IMG/VR virus record: IMGVR_UViG_3300022661_000054
DNA length: 64,000 bases
Direction: 5' to 3' (one strand)
From: a virus
Taxonomy: Duplodnaviria; Heunggongvirae; Uroviricota; Caudoviricetes
Shown: positions 1 through 10,227 of the stretch, piece after piece
Layout of the letters: each line of letters starts with the position of its first letter
Position numbering within the stretch: the first letter of the stretch is position 1
The notes under the pieces: generated by a model
What the model saw: only the letters and a program-made list of their open reading frames with translations
The model's database searches: none
What the model was told of the DNA's origin: nothing
Translations under genes and position numbers: made by a program

Positions 1-623
1 GACATATTTGCAATACGGCTTGTAAGTCGCTCACCGAGAGCTGTATATAGCTGCTGTCTATTCAAGTTAGAAGTATAAATATTAGATTTTCCTAAAGCTA
101 ATCTATTATCAATAATGTTAAGTAAATGGGTTAATTCAAATTCGCTACCCATTTTAGCCGCTATATCATCCCAGATTACTAGGTCCGCTTCAAAAACATT
201 TTCTTTGATATACTCTACATAAGAACTCTTTGTAGAAATATTATCTTTGAGTGCTAGTAAAAACCTAGGTACACTTATAAATAAAACTCTGCACTTAGCT
301 TCAGATCTAGCCCAAATTTTGTTAAAATAGGCTTCAGCTAAACGAACACTCCATGAGCTTTTTCCGTTACCACAGTTAGCAGAGTGAATATACAAATTTT
401 TACCTTCTTGAATAAACTTTACAATATCTTGCTCAATAGCGGCTAATTGCTTAAACTGCTCTAAGTCTGTGCCATCTTCATCTACTAATAAAGTAACATG
501 CTGTTTCTGGCTATCTGTCATAAGGGCTGCTGAATACAATGAATCCATTTTGTATTTTCTAAGACAGAAGTCTTTATCACAATCTTTACCGTTGCAAACT
601 TCACGTAAAAAACAAGTTGACAT
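1..623 (-). CDS. DnaC/IstB-like helicase-loader ATPase (3' end runs off window)
   Basis: Manually translated from ATG at 623: MSTCFLREVC...HSANCGNGKSSW (Walker A)...LVIWDDI (Walker B)...IYTSNL...LGERLTSRI; not in ORF track because truncated. Confidence 0.8.
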   Translation of the reverse strand, partial: MSTCFLREVCNGKDCDKDFCLRKYKMDSLYSAALMTDSQKQHVTLLVDEDGTDLEQFKQLAAIEQDIVKFIQEGKNLYIHSANCGNGKSSWSVRLAEAYFNKIWARSEAKCRVLFISVPRFLLALKDNISTKSSYVEYIKENVFEADLVIWDDIAAKMGSEFELTHLLNIIDNRLALGKSNIYTSNLNRQQLYTALGERLTSRIANM

Positions 624-642
624 TATTTCCTCCTAAGTAAGA

Positions 643-1173
643 TTAAACGCCTGTAGAACCGAAAGCTCCTTCACCACGATTTGAAAACTCAAAGTCTTTA
701 TAGAACTCATCAAGTGAGATATTATTGTATACTTCGATTTGAGAAATATCTATAACTCTAGGAATAAACTGTACCGCCTTCATTCCAAGCGGTAGCTCTA
801 CAATATTACCAGTAGTATTTATAAGCGAGATATGAATAATGCCCTGATAGTTCGCGTCCACTACTGACGCACCATAAACAAGACCATGCTTAGTAGCGAT
901 ACCAGACTTATTCTGCGCCTCAAGAGCTACATTAACAGGAATAAAGCTACGTATACCAGAAGGAATATTAGCGCGTCCATGAGGCATAATTTTAATGATA
1001 TATTCACCTGTATCATTAATATCAAGAATTGCATTCGCAGCAGCGTTCTTTTCGTTAAAAGCCTTTACGAAAGTATCAGTGTGCTTAGGAATATAAAAAT
1101 CTACACCACCATTTCCATATTCTCTCTCAGGTGCCTTAACGTCATAACCAGGTTCAATAAAAAATTTAATCAT
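643..1173 (-). CDS. dut: dUTPase (trimeric type)
   Basis: Motifs KSGIA, VVDANYQGIIHISL, C-terminal RGEGAFGSTG. Confidence 0.93.
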   Translation of the reverse strand: MIKFFIEPGYDVKAPEREYGNGGVDFYIPKHTDTFVKAFNEKNAAANAILDINDTGEYIIKIMPHGRANIPSGIRSFIPVNVALEAQNKSGIATKHGLVYGASVVDANYQGIIHISLINTTGNIVELPLGMKAVQFIPRVIDISQIEVYNNISLDEFYKDFEFSNRGEGAFGSTGV

Positions 1174-1244
1174 TTGTTTTACTCTCCTTAAATATTTTTA
1201 TACAAAATATAATACAGTAAAAAGTTATTTAAAACCGCTCATAA

Positions 1245-1283
1245 ATAAAAAAAATACCGCTTAGACTATCTGCCTAAACGGTA
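1245..1283 (-). terminator. Rho-independent terminator
   Basis: Stem taccgcttag/ctaaacggta followed by a U8 tract on the minus strand. Confidence 0.6.
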
Positions 1284-1418
1284 AATAAATTTATATAAAC
1301 TAATTAAAAATAAAAGTATTGTTATGTATTGTTTATTTATCTTTTAGGTATCTTATTTGTATTATTTATAGTAATTATTTAAATAAAAGATTTAATCTTC
1401 TATATTTAATTTAGCAAA

Positions 1419-1592
1419 TTATTTTTTATCCCATGAACGAAAAGACTTTTGTGTAGGTTGTTTTTGGCCACTTCTTAAATATTGATAATATTCATCATTT
1501 GCTTCTTTGCAGTAATAAGAATTAGGCGTTACCATGCAACCACTCGAAGTTTTATATCGACAAAACGAACATTTTGTTTTCTTATTATTCAT
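1419..1592 (-). CDS. Small Cys-rich hypothetical protein
   Basis: MNNKKTKCSFCRY...GC...YC; start overlaps the folA stop. Confidence 0.55.
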   Translation of the reverse strand: MNNKKTKCSFCRYKTSSGCMVTPNSYYCKEANDEYYQYLRSGQKQPTQKSFRSWDKK

Positions 1593-2079
1593 TTGTAATC
1601 CTCTTATAGGTACAGAAGTTAATAGCATAACCACTGTCTTCAATATCATCAGAACGTTCTACTAGATCGAAATTTACGTTATTATCAAGATTTGGAAAGA
1701 AAATTGTGCCTTCACCGTCTGCTTGTACTTTAGTTACATATACTTCCTCATAGTACGGAAGCATTGAGTTATAAAACATACCTCCACCGATGATATAAAT
1801 ATCACAAGTAAGTGCTTGGAGCTGTTTTACAAGTTTATCAAAATCATGAAAACAAACGAAACCTGGATATTCTTTGCCTTCTGGACAAAGCACAATATTA
1901 ATTCTATCTTTTAATGGCTTTTCACCAGGAAGAGACTTCATAGTATTTTCTCCCATAACTACGATACTGTGTAGAGTGGTTTCTCTAAAAAATTTCATGT
2001 CTTCTTTAAGATGAAAAAGAAGATCATTATTTTTTCCAATAGCCCAATTTTTATCAACACAAACAATAGCTTTAATCAT
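1585..2079 (-). CDS. folA: Dihydrofolate reductase
   Basis: AIVCVDKNWAIGKNNDL, DMKFFRETT, VVMGENT, IIGGGMFY. Confidence 0.95.
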   Translation of the reverse strand: MIKAIVCVDKNWAIGKNNDLLFHLKEDMKFFRETTLHSIVVMGENTMKSLPGEKPLKDRINIVLCPEGKEYPGFVCFHDFDKLVKQLQALTCDIYIIGGGMFYNSMLPYYEEVYVTKVQADGEGTIFFPNLDNNVNFDLVERSDDIEDSGYAINFCTYKRITNE

Positions 2080-2081
2080 TT

Positions 2082-2543
2082 TTATATCCTCTTTTCTCTA
2101 ATCTGTATTAAAATGCCATCGTCAGAACGCATATAAATAACACCCTTATTATTTATAATACGATTTATTCCGGCATTCTTAATAAGTCTTAAACAAATCT
2201 CACATGGCCAAGCTTCACACTCAACAGCTTCTCCTGTTTTTACATCATAACCAGCAAGATAAAGGTCAGCATCAAGCATTTCATTACGACTTGCTGATAT
2301 AATAGCATTCATTTCAGCATGAACCGCGGCACATTGACTATATTCTTCCATATCACCATTACCAGAAGCTTTTGTACATATTCCGCAGTGACTTTCGCCT
2401 CTAACGTTACCATTATATCCTGTGCTTACAACTTCTCCATTTTTTACAATAACAGCTCCATAATGCTTTTTAGTGCAAGTAGAGCGTAAAGAAACAGCTT
2501 TAGCAATATTAATATAATATTCATCTATTGAAGGTCTTTTCAT
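2082..2543 (-). CDS. dCMP deaminase
   Basis: RSTC...GAVIVKNG..STGYNG, HAEMNAI, PCEIC zinc motifs. Confidence 0.92.
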   Translation of the reverse strand: MKRPSIDEYYINIAKAVSLRSTCTKKHYGAVIVKNGEVVSTGYNGNVRGESHCGICTKASGNGDMEEYSQCAAVHAEMNAIISASRNEMLDADLYLAGYDVKTGEAVECEAWPCEICLRLIKNAGINRIINNKGVIYMRSDDGILIQIREKRI

Positions 2544-2618
2544 AGCCTTCCTCCTCTGATATTTATAGTATATAATACAATAAAAGACAGACTATTTTAT
2601 AAGCCTGTCTTTACATTT

Positions 2619-3041
2619 TTATTCTACATTATTTGTTTCCCTTATTAGCTCATGTAGGTCTTTTTTATAGAGCTTAAAATCTGATGTTAATTTTTTAATA
2701 AAAGCATTATAATTGACAGTAGAGTCTCGACCAACTATTATATGACTGGTTAGCGTTTCTTTAGCAATTATATAATGATACGAACTGCTTACATCGAATC
2801 TATTTCTTGCTTTAACTGCTGGTGCCAGTAATTCTTTAATAAAAGCTTCAGCGGTTTCTCTTGACTCAGTAATTTTTTCAAAGTAACTTACAACATCATT
2901 TTGCTCTGGATATAACTGAGTTTCATGTAATATTTGTTCGTGACCAGTTGCTTCATTAAAGTCTGACTCAAAATCATCAAAAGTATCACAAAGTTCCTCA
3001 TACAAATCTATGAATATACTTTTAATTCTGTCATAATTCAT
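2619..3041 (-). CDS. Hypothetical protein
   Basis: 140-aa ORF with SD-like GGAGTGG upstream. Confidence 0.7.
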   Translation of the reverse strand: MNYDRIKSIFIDLYEELCDTFDDFESDFNEATGHEQILHETQLYPEQNDVVSYFEKITESRETAEAFIKELLAPAVKARNRFDVSSSYHYIIAKETLTSHIIVGRDSTVNYNAFIKKLTSDFKLYKKDLHELIRETNNVE

Positions 3042-3142
3042 AGGCCCACTCCCTTATCATTAAATTTATATTTACATTATAGCACACTTAAGTAAAAAAG
3101 TAAATATATTTTTATAAATAAAGCAGACCTTTTTTATTAGTC

Positions 3143-3685
3143 TTATTCATAATAATTTTGATAAAACTTTTTATGGGCAGCAAAATAACGCCAGAAGTCT
3201 TCTTCATCTAAATCAACTAGCTTATGAATAAACTCTTCAATTAAAGCTACTGACTTCTCGTGCATAATACGCTTACCTTTGCACTTTTGGTCCCAATAAT
3301 AAAGTAGCAAATCAGGTCCCCAGTCCTCTGGATTATATGCTTTACTAGCACCAAGCATATCACAAAAACTCTCTACTACATATTTAAAAGGCATCTTCAT
3401 TGGAATAATTTTGCCTTCTTCATCCTCATCCCACCAGTACTGAAAATGATGTTTATTAGTATGATAATGATGAATCCAACTAGGAGAGTACCCAAGAGCT
3501 TCTCTGGCATTCTGATGAGGACTCCGCTTACCAGAGTAATACTTACAAATAAGCATTTCAGTAATAGAATACTTGCTAAGATCATGTGTCAAACCTTGCC
3601 AATATAGACCAGCTTTAAAACAAGCTTTTCGTACATACTTGCGGTGCATATGAATAATTTTTAAATGTTTAATTAAGTTCTTCAT
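3143..3685 (-). CDS. HD-like His-rich protein (DUF5662-like)
   Basis: HLKIIHMHR, HDLSKY, WIHHYHTNKHH, ESFCDMLGA. Confidence 0.65.
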   Translation of the reverse strand: MKNLIKHLKIIHMHRKYVRKACFKAGLYWQGLTHDLSKYSITEMLICKYYSGKRSPHQNAREALGYSPSWIHHYHTNKHHFQYWWDEDEEGKIIPMKMPFKYVVESFCDMLGASKAYNPEDWGPDLLLYYWDQKCKGKRIMHEKSVALIEEFIHKLVDLDEEDFWRYFAAHKKFYQNYYE

Positions 3686-3690
3686 TTAAA

Positions 3691-4542
3691 TTACTCCGCA
3701 ACTTGAAATTTAGTAGTAAGCTTAGTAGACTGGTAATCAATAAGCTCAAAATCATCCTCAGTAAATTCATAAAAATCTTGTATATCTGGATTAATCCAAA
3801 GCTTAGGTGCAGAATATTCAGGATTATTCATAACCTCTTTTACTGCGTCAATATGCCTATCGTAAATATGCAAGTTATTTACGATATGTACAAGCTCACC
3901 AACTTCATAGCCACAAACCTGTGCAAGCATATGTGTTAGGATAGCATACTGCATAGTATCCCAACCACCTGATGCTGCTGCAGCAAGAAGATCACCTGAA
4001 CGCTGAATAACCAAACAATTAAGCTTTCCGTCTTTTACGTCCCAAAGAGTTTCATAAACACATGGTGGGAGATTCATTTCGTGAAGATCTTCAGGACACC
4101 ACATAGTTGTAATCATTCTACGGTCCATAGGCTTATTTTTGAGAAGATAAATAAGATTATCTACCTGGTCAAGCTCACCATAAGAATACTTAGATTTCTT
4201 ACCTAGCTGGTAGCCATAAGTTTTACCAATAGTTCCAGCTTCATCTTCCCAAGCTCTCCAAATTGAAGCAGACTTACCAAGTTCATCTACGACATTAGAC
4301 TTCTTCTGCCACATCCAAAGAAGCTCTCTTACAACACCCTTAAACGCTTGGGTACGAAGAGTAAGAATAGGAAATTCTTTAGAAAGATCATAACGTCTTA
4401 CGGCACAAAAAGTTTTAATAGTATGTGCAGGTACGCCGTCTGGCCACTTCGGTCTAACTTCATACTGCTCATCATTAAAACCAGAAGTAAGAATTTGATT
4501 TACTTCTTCTTTAAAATATTTATCTGCTAAGCTCATTAACAA
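3691..4542 (-). CDS. thyA: Thymidylate synthase
   Basis: FPILTLR, ELLWMWQ, GKTYGYQL, LPPC catalytic Cys, QRSGD, NLHIYDRH. Confidence 0.96.
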   Translation of the reverse strand: MLMSLADKYFKEEVNQILTSGFNDEQYEVRPKWPDGVPAHTIKTFCAVRRYDLSKEFPILTLRTQAFKGVVRELLWMWQKKSNVVDELGKSASIWRAWEDEAGTIGKTYGYQLGKKSKYSYGELDQVDNLIYLLKNKPMDRRMITTMWCPEDLHEMNLPPCVYETLWDVKDGKLNCLVIQRSGDLLAAAASGGWDTMQYAILTHMLAQVCGYEVGELVHIVNNLHIYDRHIDAVKEVMNNPEYSAPKLWINPDIQDFYEFTEDDFELIDYQSTKLTTKFQVAE

Positions 4543-4630
4543 ATTCTCCTTAGTATAAAATTTTATACTATATAATACAATAAAAGACGACCATATTTAA
4601 TGATCGTCTTTATAATTTTAATATGTAGTT

Positions 4631-5251
4631 TTAAGCTGCAATATCAACAGAGCTTGAAGGCATTTTATTAGAACAGAGTTTAATTTGTTCAGGTTTAAAA
4701 GCAACGTAGTCGCCAATCTCTAAATTCATAATTCCGTCGTAGCCTGCTTTAGTAAAATAGTTATATGCAAAGTCAAATCCGCATGTAAGTTCTATTACAG
4801 TATCTAATCCGCCATCATTTTCTAAAACCTCTTCTTCAAGTTGCTGCCTAAGCTCATCAGGTACTTCAAAGTTATTGTGTTCAAGCATATCTATAAACAT
4901 ATCTACATTATAATAAGCATCTGCTTCTTCTTCGATAGCTTCCCATCTAAAAGGATTTTTTAAATTTAAATAATATTCTTTTATATATTTACCGTAAATA
5001 TCAAGGCCGAAATCATCATCACAAAAATAGAAACCTTTTCCATAAATAGCACCACCGCCTGTACCAGCACGTTTTATATCAAAAGTATTAAAATCACTGT
5101 TTGAAGCATGGTAAAGTACAAGTAAATTATTTTCTTCGTTTATACATTTACTATTTTTAAAAAAACTTTCCTGTCCAGCAGAAAGTAGTCTTCCTTCTGA
5201 ATCGTAGGCCGCTCCAACCTTAAAATCGTCAAAAAAGTCTAAATTATTCAT
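4631..5251 (-). CDS. ADP-ribosyltransferase-like protein (ART-PolyVal type)
   Basis: LYHAS...FNTFD...YGKGFYF...YYLNLKNPF...AGYDGI...YVAFKPEQIK pattern. Confidence 0.6.
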   Translation of the reverse strand: MNNLDFFDDFKVGAAYDSEGRLLSAGQESFFKNSKCINEENNLLVLYHASNSDFNTFDIKRAGTGGGAIYGKGFYFCDDDFGLDIYGKYIKEYYLNLKNPFRWEAIEEEADAYYNVDMFIDMLEHNNFEVPDELRQQLEEEVLENDGGLDTVIELTCGFDFAYNYFTKAGYDGIMNLEIGDYVAFKPEQIKLCSNKMPSSSVDIAA

Positions 5252-5308
5252 AAGTCACCTACTTAAATTATAATACTATATAATTTAGCAGATGTTAGAC
5301 TATAAATA

Positions 5309-5336
5309 AAAACGAGCTTAGAAATAAGCTCGTTTT
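5309..5336. terminator. Bidirectional terminator-like hairpin
   Basis: aaaacgagctt-agaaat-aagctcgtttt perfect 11-bp stem directly after the stop of 5344..6639. Confidence 0.65.
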
Positions 5337-5343
5337 AAATTAA

Positions 5344-6639
5344 TTATTCAAAATCAACAAATAATTCGTTATCTACCAGTGTATTGCCTCTCGATACAGT
5401 ACGTCTATAAGATTCTTTTAAACTATTTGTTTTATCAGACACTTGGCAATCTTCTTCTACGTCATTACTATAGATGTCATCAAGAGCACCATCAAAAATG
5501 CCAGTGGCATCTACCTCAATAACTGCATAACCATCATCATCAATATAATCATACTCTTTATTTTGTGCTGCGAGCATAATTGGATATAGAACTTCCTCAG
5601 CATAGTTTTCTTCAACAGCATTAACATAAAGATTATCAAAGTGCTTAGCAGCTTCCTCAAACGTATTAAAGTCTAAAATTACCTTCTCTTCAGTATCGTT
5701 ATGCAGTGTAACAGTTCTAACACCCTTAATACTATCAGTATTTTCTACAGACTCTTTCATATTACCAGAAAGCACATCATCAAGCTTTGTTTTTACACCT
5801 GCATGAGCATCCATGAAAACCTCAGATTCCAAAGCTTCATCTAATGCTTCTTCAAAAGACTCAACAACTTCACCTGAGAGAATAGCATCAAGGTCAGTTC
5901 TTACATTAGCGTGAGCATCCATAAAAATATCATCACCAAGAGCTTCTGTTAGCCCAAAATCTTCTTCAAATCTTACGCCATATTCCTGAGTAGCTTTACC
6001 AGCCTGATTTAGCCAGAAAATGTGATCAAACGCAGCAGTTCTCCAGTTAGTCTTATTCTCAACAGCTTCGCCAGTAGCAAGATCGAAACCAACAACAGGC
6101 TTCGGAGTAAGCTTTGCTTTTTCAGTAGCAGTTAAGTAAGGAGAATTTTCTACATCTGCTTTAGAAACAGGGGTAACTGCACCAGTTTCGATATCAACTA
6201 CATAATATCTAACACAGGTACCAGTACCACGCTTAATATCCCAAAGAACATACTTACTATTGGGATCACTCTTCTTCTGAGCAATTTTATTTTCATAACC
6301 GGGAGTATGATCATACCAAGACTTACCAGGTGCTTCACCAGTACTTTGTCTAAAATCTTTGGTTGTTTTGATGTTCTCATAACTAACACCGCTTACAATA
6401 GCGGTAAGGTCTAAAACTTTGTAAATACGAATAGTACTTTTATAAGCTCTTGCTACAGGAATTGAACTATACATTCCCATGTTAAAATATGTACCACCAC
6501 GAAGATTTTTCATAAATTCAAAAATCTCAGCCTCGGATAATGGATTTAGCTTAAGAAGTAAATCAGATTCAAGTGAAATAGCTTCTTTAATTTTATTCAT
6601 TTTAGGTAACTCCTCTTTAAAATTAATCAGGTATATCAT
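5344..6639 (-). CDS. Acidic hypothetical protein, probably virion-associated (start may be 6600)
   Basis: 431-aa ORF, two FMDAHA..LD..LSG...ES repeats, preceded by the GCTAAATTA motif. Confidence 0.7.
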   Translation of the reverse strand: MIYLINFKEELPKMNKIKEAISLESDLLLKLNPLSEAEIFEFMKNLRGGTYFNMGMYSSIPVARAYKSTIRIYKVLDLTAIVSGVSYENIKTTKDFRQSTGEAPGKSWYDHTPGYENKIAQKKSDPNSKYVLWDIKRGTGTCVRYYVVDIETGAVTPVSKADVENSPYLTATEKAKLTPKPVVGFDLATGEAVENKTNWRTAAFDHIFWLNQAGKATQEYGVRFEEDFGLTEALGDDIFMDAHANVRTDLDAILSGEVVESFEEALDEALESEVFMDAHAGVKTKLDDVLSGNMKESVENTDSIKGVRTVTLHNDTEEKVILDFNTFEEAAKHFDNLYVNAVEENYAEEVLYPIMLAAQNKEYDYIDDDGYAVIEVDATGIFDGALDDIYSNDVEEDCQVSDKTNSLKESYRRTVSRGNTLVDNELFVDFE

Positions 6640-6674
6640 AATATACGATTTATACCTAAATAATTTAGCAAATT

Positions 6675-8057
6675 TTAGATAAACTTAGTAGTATTCATTG
6701 CTACTTCTTTAATAACTTTTTGTTTAATAGTCTTATATTTTTTAGCTAACATTTCAAAAATATCAGACTGGTCATTTTCAAGCTCACTAATAATATTTTG
6801 AAGGTCAGTAATTTCCTGTTGATGTTCTTTAGTTAAATAAGAAATAGGTTTACGTAGTACAGCTTGAGAAGTTTCTACAGAGCATTTAAAAGTTTTTTGA
6901 AGAAATGTACAAGCATCTTCATAAGTTAGGTCAAAAATAGCTTTCCAATTATTTGTCTTTTTTAGTTTTTCAATAATCTGAAGCACTTCAAGTTTTTCCT
7001 GGTTATCCTTGATCTGATGTGTTAGTCTATTAGTATGAGTTTCAATTAGATAATTAAGATTAGACTTAACAACCATATCAAAACTACAAGGAACATAGAT
7101 ATGGTCTTGGTCGAAAAAAGCAAGGTTATAAGTTTCAGAAGTCTGTAACTTTTTATATAGTCTATCAAAAAGCTCTTGCATATCGCACTGCTTTTTAAAT
7201 ACTTTTTCAATAACAATTCTAGTATCATAAGTGGACTCATCACGCATATCTACTTTATCTAAAAGAATTTCTTTTTCAATGATCTTTCTTACGTGCTCTG
7301 CAGATTTAGATGCTGGCATAGCAGTGATTGTAATAATACCATCCTTGTCAATTGACATTTCAGGCGCAAGTCGAATAGTGCCCTTACCATTCTTTAAGAC
7401 ACTTTCCCAATCAGCTTTAGATGATAATATAGGAACTCCAACATTAGGAATTGGAAGCTTCTTAGGAGTATAATTAAGGTCTTTGTGCTTAAGAATGTCT
7501 AGATAATAATCAAACATCCCTGAGATATCAAGACAAGGAATATTCAATTTAGGAAGTCCTGCTGGGATGCCTGACATACCATTAATAAAGCAAATAGGTA
7601 ACAACGCTGGCAAAGCCACAGGCTCTTCATAGTCTAACTCACCTGTCATCATAGGACAATATTCAATACCATCACATAATAGTTCTATCGCTAAATCAGA
7701 TAGCTTTCCACCGATATAACGATCCGCAGAAGCTTCAATGCCTTTAGCTTTATTACCCCAGTTACCTTGTTTATCCATAAAGCTTAGTTTATTGCCGTTA
7801 TCTCCGAGAGAAACAATTACTCCGGAAATAGAGGAAGGATGAGGGTGATATTTTAATCCCGTCGCTGCTAGCTCGCTAATTTTCACAATGTGTCTAGGTG
7901 CGGATTTATACATACCATAAATGATACGTTTTTGCACACTTTTTGCAGCGTCTTTGATACAAGGATAACTTCTACCATTTGCAACATAAATACTATATTC
8001 TTTATAATTTTCAGCAGCAAGTTCTAAAGCATCCTTTACTGGTGTAACTTTATTCAT
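6675..8057 (-). CDS. Type II DNA topoisomerase subunit A (GyrA/ParC-like, no CTD)
   Basis: KSVQKRIIYGM, YHPH, QGNWG, SADRY catalytic Tyr, LPICFINGMSGI. Confidence 0.9.
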   Translation of the reverse strand: MNKVTPVKDALELAAENYKEYSIYVANGRSYPCIKDAAKSVQKRIIYGMYKSAPRHIVKISELAATGLKYHPHPSSISGVIVSLGDNGNKLSFMDKQGNWGNKAKGIEASADRYIGGKLSDLAIELLCDGIEYCPMMTGELDYEEPVALPALLPICFINGMSGIPAGLPKLNIPCLDISGMFDYYLDILKHKDLNYTPKKLPIPNVGVPILSSKADWESVLKNGKGTIRLAPEMSIDKDGIITITAMPASKSAEHVRKIIEKEILLDKVDMRDESTYDTRIVIEKVFKKQCDMQELFDRLYKKLQTSETYNLAFFDQDHIYVPCSFDMVVKSNLNYLIETHTNRLTHQIKDNQEKLEVLQIIEKLKKTNNWKAIFDLTYEDACTFLQKTFKCSVETSQAVLRKPISYLTKEHQQEITDLQNIISELENDQSDIFEMLAKKYKTIKQKVIKEVAMNTTKFI

Positions 8058-8072
8058 TTAGTATTCCTCCTT

Positions 8073-10118
8073 TTAATCAAATAGCCCGGCAAAAAGATTT
8101 CCCTGTGCAGGCTTGATCTCTTCAGCAGTTTTCGCTTTTTTGGTACTAGGTTTACTAATAGATACATTTTTTTCATTAGATGTAGTAGTAAGCTTTTTAG
8201 GTTTTACAGCTTTTTTGATGTCAGTTATCAAATTAGGATTCTCAAAGACTTTTGTTTCATTACTTAGAATGATCCCAAGGTCTTTTAGTAGGCTACCTTT
8301 ACCTTCAGAAGTTCCTAAAATCCTATTAAATTCATCAATATCAGAAGGATATTCAATCTGCATAACATTTCTAGTATCTTTATCGACAAGAAAATAGAAA
8401 AGCTGGTCGTCATTCATTTCTCCAAGTCCCTTAAAGCGGTGTACATCTTTAGCTGAAGCAGGAATATCCTCAACTTTATTACACCAATCATAACCTTTTT
8501 TGGTTGACCAGCAGTACAAGGGTGGGAGTGACACAAATACTCTACCCTGTTTTACCATGTCAGGAAACAAATTAATGAACACTGCTAATACAAGGCAATT
8601 AATTTGTAAACCATCTGGGTCAGCATCGGCAGAAATAATAATCCTCTCATAACGTGACTTTGACGCGTCACATTGAGCTCCAATGCCACAACCAATACTA
8701 TTTGCAATATCGCAAATTTCTTTATTCTGAATTACTTCTTTAAGGTCTTTATACGTTGTGTTAAGAATTTTACCTCTAATAGGAAGTACAGCTTGTGTAG
8801 CTTTATCTCTAACACAGAGGTAAGGTCCCATAGCAGAGTCACCTTCAACAATAAATAATTCAGTATCATCGCGCTTTTTAGATGTACATTCTACAAGTTT
8901 TGAAACTACTGAACGACGTCGAATATTATCGCCAGAATCTTCATTAATTTTAATTAAAGAAGAAATTTCTTTACGAGAAAGCAGAGCATTTTGTGCTATA
9001 CGGTACTCCTCAAAACGCTTTAAAAGCTGCTGTGCGACCTCAATGTTATTAGTCAAATACTTTGTTAAGCTCTTGCTAAAAGCCTCCATAAGGCTATCAA
9101 AATAAGCCTTATTGACTACTAATTTCTCCTTTGTCTGAGAAGAAAACTCAGGATGTGAAATAAATACTGCACAAATACCGCGCAGTCCAACTAAATAATC
9201 AGAAGGTTTTAGGTCAACAGCAGGACGTAAGTTCTTATATTTAGTTAGAAGAGCTTCCCAAGTAGAAACAATAGTTTTAGACAGGCATTGAATATGAGTG
9301 CCTCCAAGATAGTTGGAAAGTAAGTTAGTATATCCAAAGTATCTATCTTTAGTATCAGAAGTATATCTTAGAGCTGCTTTCATAGACTCGCCTTGATCAT
9401 TAGAAACTTCAATTGTTGGGATATCTACGTACGTTGCAATTTTAGAATCCTCTTCTTTAATTAAATCAAAAATAGTACAATTTGTGTCTAATTCTTCGTT
9501 ATCTATAATACATCTTGCTCTAAAGCCGAGTGCAGAAGCAATCTTACAACGGTTTATAACGAATTCGTGAGGAATTTTAGCTGAATGGAAATACTTTTTA
9601 TTAGGAATAAATGAGGCTGTTGTACCATCTAGTTCGTCTGTTTTTCCTTTACTTAGTTCAACGTCCGCAGAACCATGAGTAATAGCATGAACAAATTTAC
9701 CTTTACGTCTAGTAGTAATTTCAAACGTTTCTGAAAGCGCGTTAGTAACAGTCATACCAACGCCGTTAAGGCCCGCAGAATAATTATATGAATTGTTATC
9801 AAATTTACCACCAGAATTAGCAATGGTCATTAGAACCTCTACTACTTCCTTCTCTTCACCATTATCAAGCTTTTTCTTACCATGTGGAATACCACGGCCA
9901 AAATCTTGGACTGTATATCTATTTTCTTTTGTATTTACATTAACAACAAGCTCGTGTGAATGCTTTGCACTTACCTCATCCATAGCATTATCAAACATCT
10001 CAGAAAAAAGAGACCTTGGATCATTTGCTTCTCCAATATACATACCAGAGCGTAGCTGAATGTGCTCGATGTCATTTAAAACTTTAATATTATCAGAAGT
10101 ATATTGTTTTGTTGCCAT
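8073..10118 (-). CDS. Type II DNA topoisomerase subunit B (GyrB/ParE-like)
   Basis: HIQLRSGMYIG, EMFDNAMDE, DFGRGIP, GLNGVG, LFIVEGDSA, PIRGKILN, DADPDG, RFKGLGEM. Confidence 0.95.
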   Translation of the reverse strand: MATKQYTSDNIKVLNDIEHIQLRSGMYIGEANDPRSLFSEMFDNAMDEVSAKHSHELVVNVNTKENRYTVQDFGRGIPHGKKKLDNGEEKEVVEVLMTIANSGGKFDNNSYNYSAGLNGVGMTVTNALSETFEITTRRKGKFVHAITHGSADVELSKGKTDELDGTTASFIPNKKYFHSAKIPHEFVINRCKIASALGFRARCIIDNEELDTNCTIFDLIKEEDSKIATYVDIPTIEVSNDQGESMKAALRYTSDTKDRYFGYTNLLSNYLGGTHIQCLSKTIVSTWEALLTKYKNLRPAVDLKPSDYLVGLRGICAVFISHPEFSSQTKEKLVVNKAYFDSLMEAFSKSLTKYLTNNIEVAQQLLKRFEEYRIAQNALLSRKEISSLIKINEDSGDNIRRRSVVSKLVECTSKKRDDTELFIVEGDSAMGPYLCVRDKATQAVLPIRGKILNTTYKDLKEVIQNKEICDIANSIGCGIGAQCDASKSRYERIIISADADPDGLQINCLVLAVFINLFPDMVKQGRVFVSLPPLYCWSTKKGYDWCNKVEDIPASAKDVHRFKGLGEMNDDQLFYFLVDKDTRNVMQIEYPSDIDEFNRILGTSEGKGSLLKDLGIILSNETKVFENPNLITDIKKAVKPKKLTTTSNEKNVSISKPSTKKAKTAEEIKPAQGNLFAGLFD

Positions 10119-10227
10119 TTAATATTCTACTCCTTTATATCATTTTTTCTGTTATTATATCACCATATATTATACAATACACTTTTACAAAATTAAAAAG
10201 GCCCGTCTTTTGACGAACCCTTTATTA

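Noticed and set aside
5309-5336. Sixth copy of the Y-like motif (GCTTATTTCT on the minus strand)
   Set aside because: It is a perfect hairpin with no bulged U, sits right after a stop codon with A/T tails, and lies far from the TerD-like gene; best read as a terminator.
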